This document shows positions 22,699 through 35,210 of a DNA stretch of 64,000 bases, piece after piece (within the stretch, counting starts at the first letter, position 1; each line of letters begins with the position of its first letter). Source of the DNA: Penicillus capitatus (taxonomy: Eukaryota; Plantae; Chlorophyta); the NCBI GenBank assembly GCA_965649825.1, contig OZ287699.1:898477-962476 (forward strand). Reading direction: 5' to 3'. The translations under genes were made by a program, and so were the position numbers. The notes beneath the pieces were generated by a model that saw nothing but the letters and a program-made list of their open reading frames with translations, made no database searches and was not told the origin of the DNA.

Positions 22699-25097
22699 TT
22701 ACTTCTCGACATTCACAACGATCTCGGCGAGCGCAAGTGTGTAACTGCGCGTGTAGCAACGAATCTGGTCTTTGGATACTGCAAAACAAGTGGGTGCTTC
22801 TAGAAAAGGCCCAACAATTGGCTAGAAAGAACAGAACATGCAGATCATGTCGAATGCAAAACAGATGACTTACTTTCCATGATGTCCATCCTGATCCGAT
22901 GCGTATAAGAGAGCTGTGCAGCAAAGTTCGGTCCTGTCCCAAGGCAAAGCAATCAGCTTTGAAGTCGTCAGTAGAGACGCATTCTGGCTCAGATAATACT
23001 GTGGACTCGAAGGTGTAGTGATCAATCCGAAATAAATTATCATCTGGATCCTCCATCTTGACATAGACGAAATAGACTGCTTCGTTTGTGTAGCCGCGAC
23101 TGAAATAGAATGTTCGATTCGACCAATCCACAATGGACAACGGACTGTACCATTTCTGGGATCGAATCGAAGAAGAAGAATGCCATTTATCATCGTCGAT
23201 ACTGTATCTTCTGTAGTAAGGAGTGTGGTCCCAATCCTCAAAATAAATGGTGATTCGGTTTGTTTCTGAATCGTAAACGACAGAAGGCTTTTGTCTGGTA
23301 TATCCTCCAATGTTCTTTAGAGCTCTCCATTTGAATTCTCCTGGAATGTATTGTTTGTGATACATGCTGTAGTTCAGGTCTCTTCCTATGCAGTCGATCT
23401 GACCATCGGAATGGGACACGCAGGCTGGCACTTCTTCCAATGGGCCGTCCAGAGAATACCACTCCTCCCACTCTCCGTTTTTCATTTCCCGCGTCATGAG
23501 AGCGGCGTTTTCGCTTATAATGAAACAATTGACAGAACGGGGAGCAGTGATGACGCACTCGACGTCTCCGAGAGCAAATCCGCCAATGTTTTCGATCTCT
23601 TCCACGACACTGTCTTTGATCGTCATTCGGTGAACAGAGCTGTCCAATCCACGATAGAAACAGTCCACAGCACCAGTCTCATTCCAAGAGAGGCATTTGG
23701 GGCGTGTCATTGCTGTGCCGCCTAGACATGTCGTCTGTCTCTCCTCCAGCGAATTCGAACGGTGTCCATATGAGAGCAAACATTCAGGATCCCTGTTTTT
23801 TGGCGATGCTCGGAGCACCTACAAGTAAGATGCAAATCTGGATGAGATGTTGGTCATGGCAAACCTCATCGTCTCTGTCGAGCACAATTGGTCCAGACGT
23901 TCCGCCGCCCCGTATGGTGTTTGGTCGCGTGCATTCACGAGCATCTCCACCATCAATGATGCAATCTATCCACGTTCTGAACTTACTAACGTGAGTATAC
24001 ACTCCTAGAAGAATTGCCCATATTGACAATGGAACACACAAAACGGAAACTACCAGGATATGGGCCGTTCTCTTCGCTGACTCCAAACGAGGTAATTCCA
24101 ACGAGTCTATCAAGATTCGGCTTTCCTTCTGCGATGTTGTTGAAACGATGTGGAATGAACACGGGACCACCAGAGTCACCTGTGAACAAATCGTTCACAT
24201 GATGTAACGATCTGATCGTGAGAATCACACCGCGTGTCGTGCTTCCAGTACTGGACAAGGCACAGAACATGTTGTGTGAAATCGACCCTTCGTAAGCCTC
24301 GAAATCATTGCACGCCGTTCTTGGCAGGAAGGTGAGATCGTAGAGTATTTGCAGTCTATCCGCCAGGTCTGTCCTAGAAGCAGCACGTACATGTCAATCA
24401 CTGGGTGATGTGGACGATCGATTCACCCTCTTCCGCTTGTGTCACCAAATCCAATCGTTAAGAACAGCGCTCCAGAATTGTATTCTGCTTCGGGAGCCGG
24501 TAGGCTGATAGGCGTCTTCTTGCATTTCCCATCGAGTTTTAGTACGGCGATATCATGGCCGTCTTGCACCAGACCGTTCCATTCCGGATGAATGACCGGT
24601 TTCTTAGCCAAGCCGAATTCCTGACCGACGTGGTTGATTAATGTACGTCGTGCAAGAAAAGCAGAGTTACTTCTGCGCTGTCGTCGGAATTGTCGCGTTC
24701 ATAGAGGCCGACGGAAATCAAAGGGTCTGTGTCGGTATTATCAAGCTCGGGGTCGACGCAATGCGCAGCAGTGAGAACGTGTTGCTCGTCCACCAAGACG
24801 CAGCCGCAGAAATGGTCATCCTTTGAGAGTGACTTCAATGAACAGGCGTAGGGAAAACGTCCCTTCGGAGCATCTTCTCCCCCCTGAACACATCCGAATA
24901 AGCACAAGACAGACGTTGGCTTCTCTCACATAGATGTGCGGAACAAAAGCCTCCGCTGAGCGATTGCTTTTTTGCGCTTCGACGAGGTCTAGACCATAAA
25001 CAAGTGCGAGGCGCATTGCCAATAGCAAGAACGCACATGGACCCCAACCGCACAGGGAGAGGAGAACAACGAGAAGAGAGACAAGAGTGGTAGCCAT
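22699..25097 (-). CDS. Secreted S1 (trypsin/chymotrypsin-fold) serine protease fused to a C-terminal 7-blade PLL/DUF346-like beta-propeller
   Basis: Signal peptide MATTLVSLLVVLLSLC; activation H-IYGGEDAP; TAAHC, HDIAVLKL and GDSGGP; a 46-nt GT-AG intron after DRDDE joins to seven P.C.S....(I/V)DC(F/I).R....W..W..LGG-type repeats; stop TAA at 22699-22701. Confidence 0.85.
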
Positions 25098-25240
25098 GGA
25101 CGGCATCAATAGCGTCGTCCCCATGACGAACTTTCAGGTACACCAGGACCGTTTACTGCGGCGATTGCTCAACGTCCTTAAAAGACACACACACGCATCC
25201 GAATCATTCAAGCCGTTTTATTCCTTGTTTTAACAGTCGG

Positions 25241-26466
25241 ATGGCGGATAGCGAGATCAGTTTTCTCACCAATGACGGTGTTAGGATTGCCTACGAAAAA
25301 CGAGGCGATTCTACGCACGCCACACTTATCTTGCTTCATGGTATGTGACGTTCTGTGCGTTTCTTCTTTCGTGATAGATGCGTTTCAGGGTGGAGTGGCT
25401 CTAAGCGATACTTCGACAAGAACATCGACGCGTTGGCAGAAGTGTGTTCCGTCTACCGTCTTGACCATCGTTTTCATGGCGATTCAGACAAACCTTCATG
25501 GGTAAGGAGTGCATAGTGTGCTGCTGCATACTTCTGTTTGGAACGGTCTCGATACCTAGGGCTTCTTTGTGTCCCGCCTGGCTGCCGACGTTCATGACCT
25601 GATCCTGCAGCACGAGCTCAAGGTTATCATGTCAATGCAGTTCGCTATGTGAGATCGTAGATGTTTGCATACACAGAATGTTGTCTTGTTGGGGACATCT
25701 ATGGGCTGTTCGATTATCTGGGCGTACTGCATGCTTTACGGCACGAGTTCCCTCATCGGTGCGATCTTTGTAGATCAATCGCCTCTTCAGGTGAAACGGC
25801 GATTCATATGATAACGGTTTTATTTGTTGGAACACAGAATAAAAGGGGCGATTGGGAACTGGGGTCCAAGAGTTGCTACGACGAAGCGACGCTTCTGAAG
25901 AACATCGAACTCGTCAGCGATCTCCCATCATTTGCAGAAGGCATGGCAGCTTCGTGTTTGTCCAACCCCATCGATGACGAATACCATCAGGTCACTCACT
26001 CACTCTTCCATCCAGCTATGCTCTTACACAGTCGTTTGCGTTTTAGTTGTTGAAAAACGAAACGATGAAAGCAGATGGAGCGGCCATCGGTGAACTTATG
26101 CGAGACCATACACAAGTAACAAGTCAAACCAGATGGCGTCTCCTTGACAGATCGATCTTTTCATACACAGATCGATTGGCGTCCAGTGTTGCCTAGAATC
26201 AATATTCCATGCCTCAACTGTATCGGCAAGAAGAGTGGTATCTTTCCTTCTGACGGTATGGCAAAGGAAAGATCTATCTGTTCTATCCAAGCATCTATTC
26301 TTTCCAAGGGGTGGAGCTTGTTGGAAATCTTATCCCGAAGTGCAAAAATGTTGTTTTCTCAGACGAGAACCATTGGCTGCATATTGAGAACCCGACCAAA
26401 TTCAATTCTACGGTTCTCAGTTTCTTGAAGGAGCTCTGCCCTGGATGGAGAGCCCAAGATGCCTAA
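25241..26466 (+). CDS. Alpha/beta hydrolase, non-heme haloperoxidase/YdjP-like
   Basis: TNDGVRIAYE, LLH|GWSGS, DHRFHGDSDKP, nucleophile GTSMG, FVDQSP, DWRPVLPRINIPCL and His motif NHWLHIENPTKFN. Confidence 0.85.
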
Positions 26467-26515
26467 GAGCGTTTTCCTAAAGCCATGCGTCACCCAGTCT
26501 TGAGAATGTGACACG

Positions 26516-27864
26516 TCACATGTGTTGGAGGAAACCTGCGTTGTAAAAGAAGATGGGTTGATTTTCTTGAAACCTATGACACTTCCTTGGCTCAAACGGT
26601 GACCAGTCTCCATCCTTGAAAAGCTGTGCCAGCATTGAAGCTCCCTGCCACTTCCAGTAAAGCACCTATCCATGCTCTCAGCCAAAAATGGACGTGTCAA
26701 TGCTTTCCCTTACGCCGATGACGGAATACGAAGCGATCTGCCCAAACGTTAGCTGCGCCAATGACTTTCGATGAAAACTGCCGATGGACACAATGATATG
26801 TATGTGTGTGCACCGTCCAGAATGCAGAGGACTCACGCTCGCACAAATGGAAATACGCGTCCACAATCACGGAAGTTAAGGTAGCACCATCGTTGGCCTT
26901 TATGAAATTGCACCAAGAGAAAATCATACTGCCCTTCAATCTTCTCATCCAACAGTCTGACCAGTGCCGATATTGCCAACTCGTCTTCCCGCGGCAGAGG
27001 GCCAAAACAAACAGTCGTCCGTTCCTCTAGTATACCAATGCCTATCAGCGACATCTGACGTGACAGGAGAAAGCATGCACCATGAGGTAACGGCGGATCT
27101 GGAATGGGGACGGTTGTGTCCTCCTTGGTGAACAGAGGAATGTTCCGGAGATAGGGTGGCAGTTTCAGAACATCTTCGACGCAGTGGACTTGGTTCATGG
27201 GCACTCTTCGATTTCTTGTCATTCGATCTTCCTGTCGTATGCGTTGCAGTCTGAACACCCGTCACCCAATGCACCGTTCTCTCAGACCGAACCTCATCTG
27301 TGGTCTTCTGAGTGGAATGTTGAGAGAGCGACGCTGTTGTTGTTGCTGTTGCTGGGGATTTGCGTCGGGGTCCTCAAACTTGAACAGCTTCATGAGTCGA
27401 TTGACCTGCGATGGCATTTCGCACTCTGGTCATTGCTGACGACGACCTGCTGTTTGGATAAGAAGTGTGAGAATTTCTTATGGCTGAAGTAGTTGTTGGC
27501 CAGAATGGGTCCATATTCAGGTTCCGTGAGATAGGAGCGGTTGGTAGGAAAGGTTCGAAAACGAACTTGGATCGGAAAGCGTCCACTGAAGGCGCCAGGG
27601 ACAACATTGAACCCAGCGTGCTCTTTGGCTACGAATCCACCATAGAGTTCCTGAATGTCATCCAAAGATCGCTGGAAAGCTCTATCGAAAACAACGAACT
27701 CTCGTATCGTATCTGAAGAGAAAGAGCGGAGCTCCCGGAGCAATGAGATCCACCATGTGGTTCGTTTTGTTACCCAACGGTCCTCCAAAGAGACCGCGAT
27801 TGATGCATTCGGGCATCGTTTCCCGCGTGCAGCCGAAGATGAAACCGGACGCGGAGTTGAGCAT
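26516..27864 (-). CDS. DCD domain fused to a Mei2-like C-terminal RRM (RRM_2)
   Basis: DCD: SGFIFGCTRETMPECINRGLFG...PLFLFRYDTR|ELYGGF...FSGRFPIQVRF...KFSHFLSKQQ|VNRLMKLF. RRM_2-like: RTTVCFGPLP...LLDEKIEGQYDFL...WCYLNF...FVRAFHRK...|VLYWKWQGASMLAQLF...QPIFF. Six GT-AG introns keep the frame. Confidence 0.8.
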
Positions 27865-28194
27865 CGCGACGATGGATGTGACAGCGCGTTTGTCGTGTAG
27901 ATAGATAGATATCGAAGGTGCTGATACATCGATGCCCGGTCCCGTCAACGTCGACGGTTAAAGGCGACGTTCTTACAGATTCGTCCGCCCGCTGAGAGCT
28001 CGCGCTAAACCTATCTGCCTTTCGTCGCCGTTCCGACATGAAGATGGGCTCGATTTCCTGCGATATTCTGAGAGGAAGCCCAACGAATTCTGCCCTGTCT
28101 GAGTATTTAAAGCGCACTGCATTGACTGTCGCATAAGAAGCAACGGCGTGCTTTCCTTACCGGCAAGTGTGCGTTTCAGACATCTTTCGACAGA

Positions 28195-31100
28195 ATGCCA
28201 CACGCTTGTCTCTGTTTGCTCATCCTGTCCTGCCTGTCTGTTTTTCAAGCGACACCGGTGAGACGAGAAGTCAACGCTACGGTAGGTATTCTATGCTCTT
28301 GATTGACAGTCGAGATTCAAGGCCTGTATGTTGCGTGAGGTCGTCACATTTTCGTCCATCGTTTCGAAAAGAGAAGGCAATCGTCGCGTCACCCCTGCAT
28401 TGGCCCAACGCGTGTTTCTCGAAGCGATCTCTAGTGAATTGGACATCGGAAAACAGAGCGTTCGCTTGCATAGTCGGCAGCTCTTTCTGGACAACATGCT
28501 GGAGACGGAGGACGATGTCTACATTCACGTAAGCCACGATCGCGTGTCTGTCGTTGACGCTGCCGAGGAACCTAAAAAGAGGACCGACTGTTCCGTTCCG
28601 TCAGCGAAGTGCAATGCCGTTTTATCCTCCCTGCCCCACGAAGCATTCATCGCATTGCGGAACGATCGATGCAGGACGACGAGCGCGTCCATTTCACACC
28701 TCCGTTGCGGCAGGTACATTGACAATGTTCTGGTATGGCAGTATTCTACGAACGCGTTGTGTGGAGGAACATCATTGTCTCCAAGACATACCGAGAGGCG
28801 ATCTTTGATGGAGATATGTCAGCTATGGAGGTCGAGACGCCGGACCGTCGCATTCCTTTGAAGTATAAGGGCGGTTGAGAGAGACTCGGTTTCTAATGGT
28901 GTCGGCAACGTAGGTCGTTCTATTCTCCGTTGCTGCACACGAAAGTGGAGATATCCGCGAGCAATATAACAAATATTCTCGATGTGTATGCAGACGTGAA
29001 CAGCGCCTTCCTTGCCAGACCGGACTGGCTGCAAAGGGCCGCCGCCATCGCCAAACGCAATATCTCTGTCCTGTTGACCGAGGAACCACGTGCGTAGCGC
29101 ATTGACACTCAACAGAATTCGAATGGGCGTTCTTGTGAAGAGATTGAGATATTCCACGATGGAGGACGCCGCTTGCAATGGCAGATGAGTTCTTGGTCTT
29201 CGTGCTCGTCTTCATGCGGAAGCGGCAAACAAGTTCGCGAAGCCACCTGTTACGAAGCGTCTTCTGGCCGGATCGTGGAAGAGGGCCTCTGCAACGACAT
29301 CCAGGCACCCACGCGCGAAAGGCTCTGCCACGTTCATTCGTGCGAGTTGAATATGTTGGACTTCCGACGACGAGTCGTCCCCCAAAAAACATGCGGCGAC
29401 AAATGCAGTGTAGACTTTGAGGAAAGCACGCTGCTCTGCGTCGCTGTCCCGACAGGATACCTTTCCGCTTCCGACTTGTGCGAGCCGCTTATGTTAGGTA
29501 ACATTCAGGCTCTACCGAAGTTCTCACCACTGCGCATCTTTGCTGCCAGAGAAGAACAAAAGATATCGTCTGTGCGATGCCTCTACGTGCTCGGACTATC
29601 GGTGGAAGACAGGTCCCTGGAGCGTATGCAGCAGGATATGCGGAAGAGGAAAGATGCATCGAGAAGTGTATGTAACGAATGCTCCCTCGACCGACTCATT
29701 GCTGCCAAACGTTGTGTTATTTACAGGATGTGTGTTGACTGGCGTGATGACGCCCGTGTCGACGATTCAAACTGCAACGTCAGTTCCCGACCCAAGCTGA
29801 CACGAGTGTGCAATTCAAGACCGTGTGATGCTTACATATGGAGAGTGGAGAAATGGAGCGCGTGCGACCAATTGTGCGATTCAGGTGGGTGCCGTTCCTC
29901 TTTCCGAGCCGTTTCGTTCTTACTGTCATTCAGGGACAATGGAAAGGAAGGTGCAGTGTGTGTCCGCTAACGGAACGGTTGTCGATGCGAGTCACTGTCC
30001 ACGGCACAAGCCATTGAATACAACGGGCTGCAATCGATGGCCTTGTAACTTTTGCAAGGATAATCAATGTTCACGTAAGTACAAACCTCAATACTATAAG
30101 TCTTTCTGAGAAAGGCAACAGAGAGGGGGATCTGTCGAAATGGAGCCTGTCACTGCTTCAAAGGATACAAAGGGACCTACTGTCAGCTCGGTGAACAATG
30201 CGATGGACTTCTGGATCGGCATCAAAAATGCTGTCCATCTGGACGACTCGACAAAACCGGCAATTGCTGCAAAAAATCGGCGACTTACCTTTCGCGCGAC
30301 GGTCATTGCTGCAGGGCCCTCAACGCAGTGGGAGACTGTTCCAGCAAACCACGCGTCCTTTCGGTCGACAACAGGCATCATCCACAACGCGTCTTTGCGT
30401 TTTAGCCTCGGTGTTTTGTAGAGAATGTGAGAGTCTGTTAGATGCCGCCGGTTTCTGCTGTCACAGTGGAAGAATCGATGATTGCGGTGTCTGTGATGGA
30501 GACGGCAGTTCCTGTACGAAAACTTTTGTCGCGACAGTTCAGGTATGATCAAACGCGGCATTGCCATTCAAACCTCGCGTCCTGTCTCTAGATTGTCAGG
30601 CCAGCGCAAATGGCCGAAGTTGCCGACGCTATGGTAACATTCTTTTCGGAAAAACTGACATTTGAGGCAGCGAGCATCGCTGTTTCATCGAGCTCGGCGA
30701 CGCAGCGCAACAGAACAGACGTTGCTCCATCCGACGATTTCCGCGTCAAGGTCCAGATTTTGCCGATCGATGCGTCGAAAAGGGGCAACGCGAGTCACAT
30801 GATAAACGCGTCGTTTCCGAGCTTAAGCAGCATACAGTTTCATCTCGACCAAGCACGAAAGCAGGTCGTCGGCAACATCGGTGTCTTCCGCGACATCGAC
30901 GATCTAACAGCAAAGGCTGAATGCGGCAACGGCGTTTGCGAGATCGGCGAGCGCCCTATCTTCTCCGAGAGCAACAGTCAAGAAGAAGGAGAGATCATTG
31001 ACGGTCAGTTAACACGCATACTTTTCATACAAGCATGCATCGTATGGCAAAGCAGGTTGTGCTGTGGACTGCCCGTTCCCTTTGCGTCTGTGTCCTATCG

Positions 31101-31529
31101 GCTTTGCCATCCGAGGACAGCGACCTGCTCCGTGTAGTGACCACGGTACATGTCACGCCGCAACGGGGCAATGTTCGTGTTGGAGAGGGTACATTGGACA
31201 CGACTGTTCAGAATGCGATCATGGATATACGCGGTAAGACCACTGTCATCCACACGGACGGACGGTCATGACGACTCTGCTGCGTGTTTAGGTTTGAACA
31301 GCACTGCGTCCTCGAGTTTCCTGCGAAGACAGAGTATGCTTCCTCTCTCCTCGGCGCTTCTGCCTTTTCGATGACCATTTCAATTGCGCTCTGTTTGTTC
31401 GGCGCTCTCATCCTCGGTAGCCTTCTTGTTTTCGGCATTCGGTGCCTTTGGCGCCGTAGAGAATTGGATAACCGTTGGACTGCTCCATTTTACTGTGTCT
31501 CTTCGAGAACGTTGGGTTCTGTGGTTTGA
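28195..31529 (+). CDS. Type I membrane protein with thrombospondin type-1 (ADAMTS-like) repeats and Cys-rich modules
   Basis: Signal peptide MPHACLCLLILSCLSVFQATP; WQMSSWSSCSSSCGSGKQVREATC, WKTGPWSVCSRICGRG and WRVEKWSACDQLCDSG; CGVCDGDGSSC; CGNGVCEIGE; TM ISIALCLFGALILGSLLVFGI followed by RCLWRRR. Confidence 0.8.
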
Positions 31530-31676
31530 CCTGTGAGAGATGATGACGTTTGTGCATGCATGTATTCCTTCAGTCGCTTGTGCAGTGTCAGGCCAGATTC
31601 GCGGTACGCGCACCGATGCCATGATGACGTCCCATCGCATCACGCTACCCATCTATCCATCCTGCTCTTGTTCACC

Positions 31677-32969
31677 ATGGCCTCCCCCTTTGGATTGCAT
31701 CTATACGGGTCGACGCGGAACACATGGACGACACATCCACGCCGCACAATTTTCCGTGCACGGTTCCCTTCTCGACGACACACACATCTACGATGCTTCT
31801 CGGTGTGGCGCAGAGACATAAATACCGTCTTCGCTTACGCTCGCAGTATTCCTCTCCTTCCTTGACTTAGTCTCTCAGTACAGGCGTTCTTTTTAGATAT
31901 CACTTGCTGTGCAGCTTTGGATAACAAAGTTCGTTCGCAGACGATTGGACAACAGGAGACAGCAGCTCGAAAGACACGACGCGTGTCGGCAGAGGCATCT
32001 CGGTCGCTCACACTTCGAAAAGCGCCAAAAGCGGAGCCCTGTGCCAAAGTGCAATTTCGGATCAAGTTTCGAACGGACTACGGACAGCTCGTCAAGATCG
32101 TGGGGAGTGCTGTGCCCTTTGGAGCTTGGGCCATCGCCAAGAGTCCAGCCATGCGTTGGAACGAAGGCGATATCTGGAGCGTGACGATCAATTTACCCGT
32201 CGGCAATATCTACGAATACAAATACGTCGTGGTCGATTCTCACGGAGCATCTGTCATTCATTGGCAGAAGGGCAACAACAGTGTGCTTGCCATTGCGGCG
32301 ACAGACAAAGAGTTGGTGGTGGGGGATAACTGGGAAGGCAATCCCGGAGCGAGTATTACGGCAAAAGGAAAAGGAAGGATGACAAAAGAAGAGAGACTTC
32401 TGGACTGGGCTGCTGAAGTTCGGGCATCATCTTCCGACAGCACAGCTCTGGTGCTGGAGAAGAAACAAGAATTGGAGAAAGCACGCGAAGAGAACAGAGT
32501 GGCACAGGAAGCAGCATCACGACTAAAATCTGAACTACGAATGGCATCCATGACACGACAGGCGGCAGAACAACAAGTCAAAGTGGGTCGCTGCATTCAG
32601 CCGCCGATATGCTCAAAATGATCATCTGTGCAGGAACTGCAACAAGAGAATCGAAAGCTGATGGCGCTGTTGTCAGAGCAGCAGTCGGTACATAAGAATG
32701 TCATGGAACAGACATTGCAGCTGATCAAGGAGTCGGAGACTTTGAATACAGATGCCGATCTCGCTTCGCTATCCCTCGAGGCATCTGTTGATGATCTGAC
32801 GGAGGCAGAGGATTCGGACGAAACGAGCCCTCCGGTGGAGAACGGTACCTCAGCGACGACGCCCTCTCCTCCTCCGCAGAAGAGAAGGAAACCGCGCCAT
32901 AAGGCGAATCGAAAACCTCGTCGCTCGAATGTTTCGACTCGGACAGCTGCTGTCTGTTCGCCTGAATAG
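31677..32969 (+). CDS. CBM20 starch-binding domain plus coiled-coil protein, probably plastid-targeted
   Basis: VQFRIKFRTDYGQLVKIVGSAVPFGAW...MRWNEGDIW...YEYKYVVV...WQKGNN is CBM20; heptad-rich C-terminal half. Confidence 0.85.
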
Positions 32970-33410
32970 AAAACGTGTGTGCAGTTTCATCGAGAATGGG
33001 GTTTTGACTTCCTTTGTCTCAGCTTCGCATCAGCATTCCCGTTTCGATGGTATGATTTCTATTCAGTGTCTTGGATGATCGTCGAAGGCTAGAGACAGAC
33101 ATTCTTTCTTCGTTTATCGATTGGTATGAGTTATAGATCGGCGTTGGCGATAATGGTGTAAAGCAGCAGATGGATTCCTTTCAACTACGGGCTTTGATAA
33201 AGAGCACTCGAACAATGAACCGGGTGTTTGAAGTGTCAATTATTGTTGTATGTTAGATAGACGACGACACCCCATTGACACAAAACTGCATCCCTTTCGA
33301 CCCACAGATGACTGTTCCTGCTAAATGAAATGGAAGCAAGCTCGCAATTGCAAGGACCGAGAAATGTACAAGCAAGAACCCGTTCTGGAGCTTGAGCATC
33401 ATCAGGCCAC

Positions 33411-34954
<1,544 letters not shown>

Positions 34955-35210
34955 CCACCTTGTCCAATTTGCTTCGACAACAGACTGCCCCCATTCTGTC
35001 TGGATGACGCGCAGCAACGCTCGGTCAAGAATTCCCGTCGGCCAAGGAACCAAATATCCAGACGCTACGGTCGTCGCGAGGAGAAAGGCAATGAACAGCA
35101 GCAAATTGGCGGAGACGACTAACAGTAGTGATGTCCAAAAGATTCACACGCACATTAGAGACATCGTTACACGTCATGCGTCAAATCCCTGTTCTGACGA
35201 TCGACGCGCA

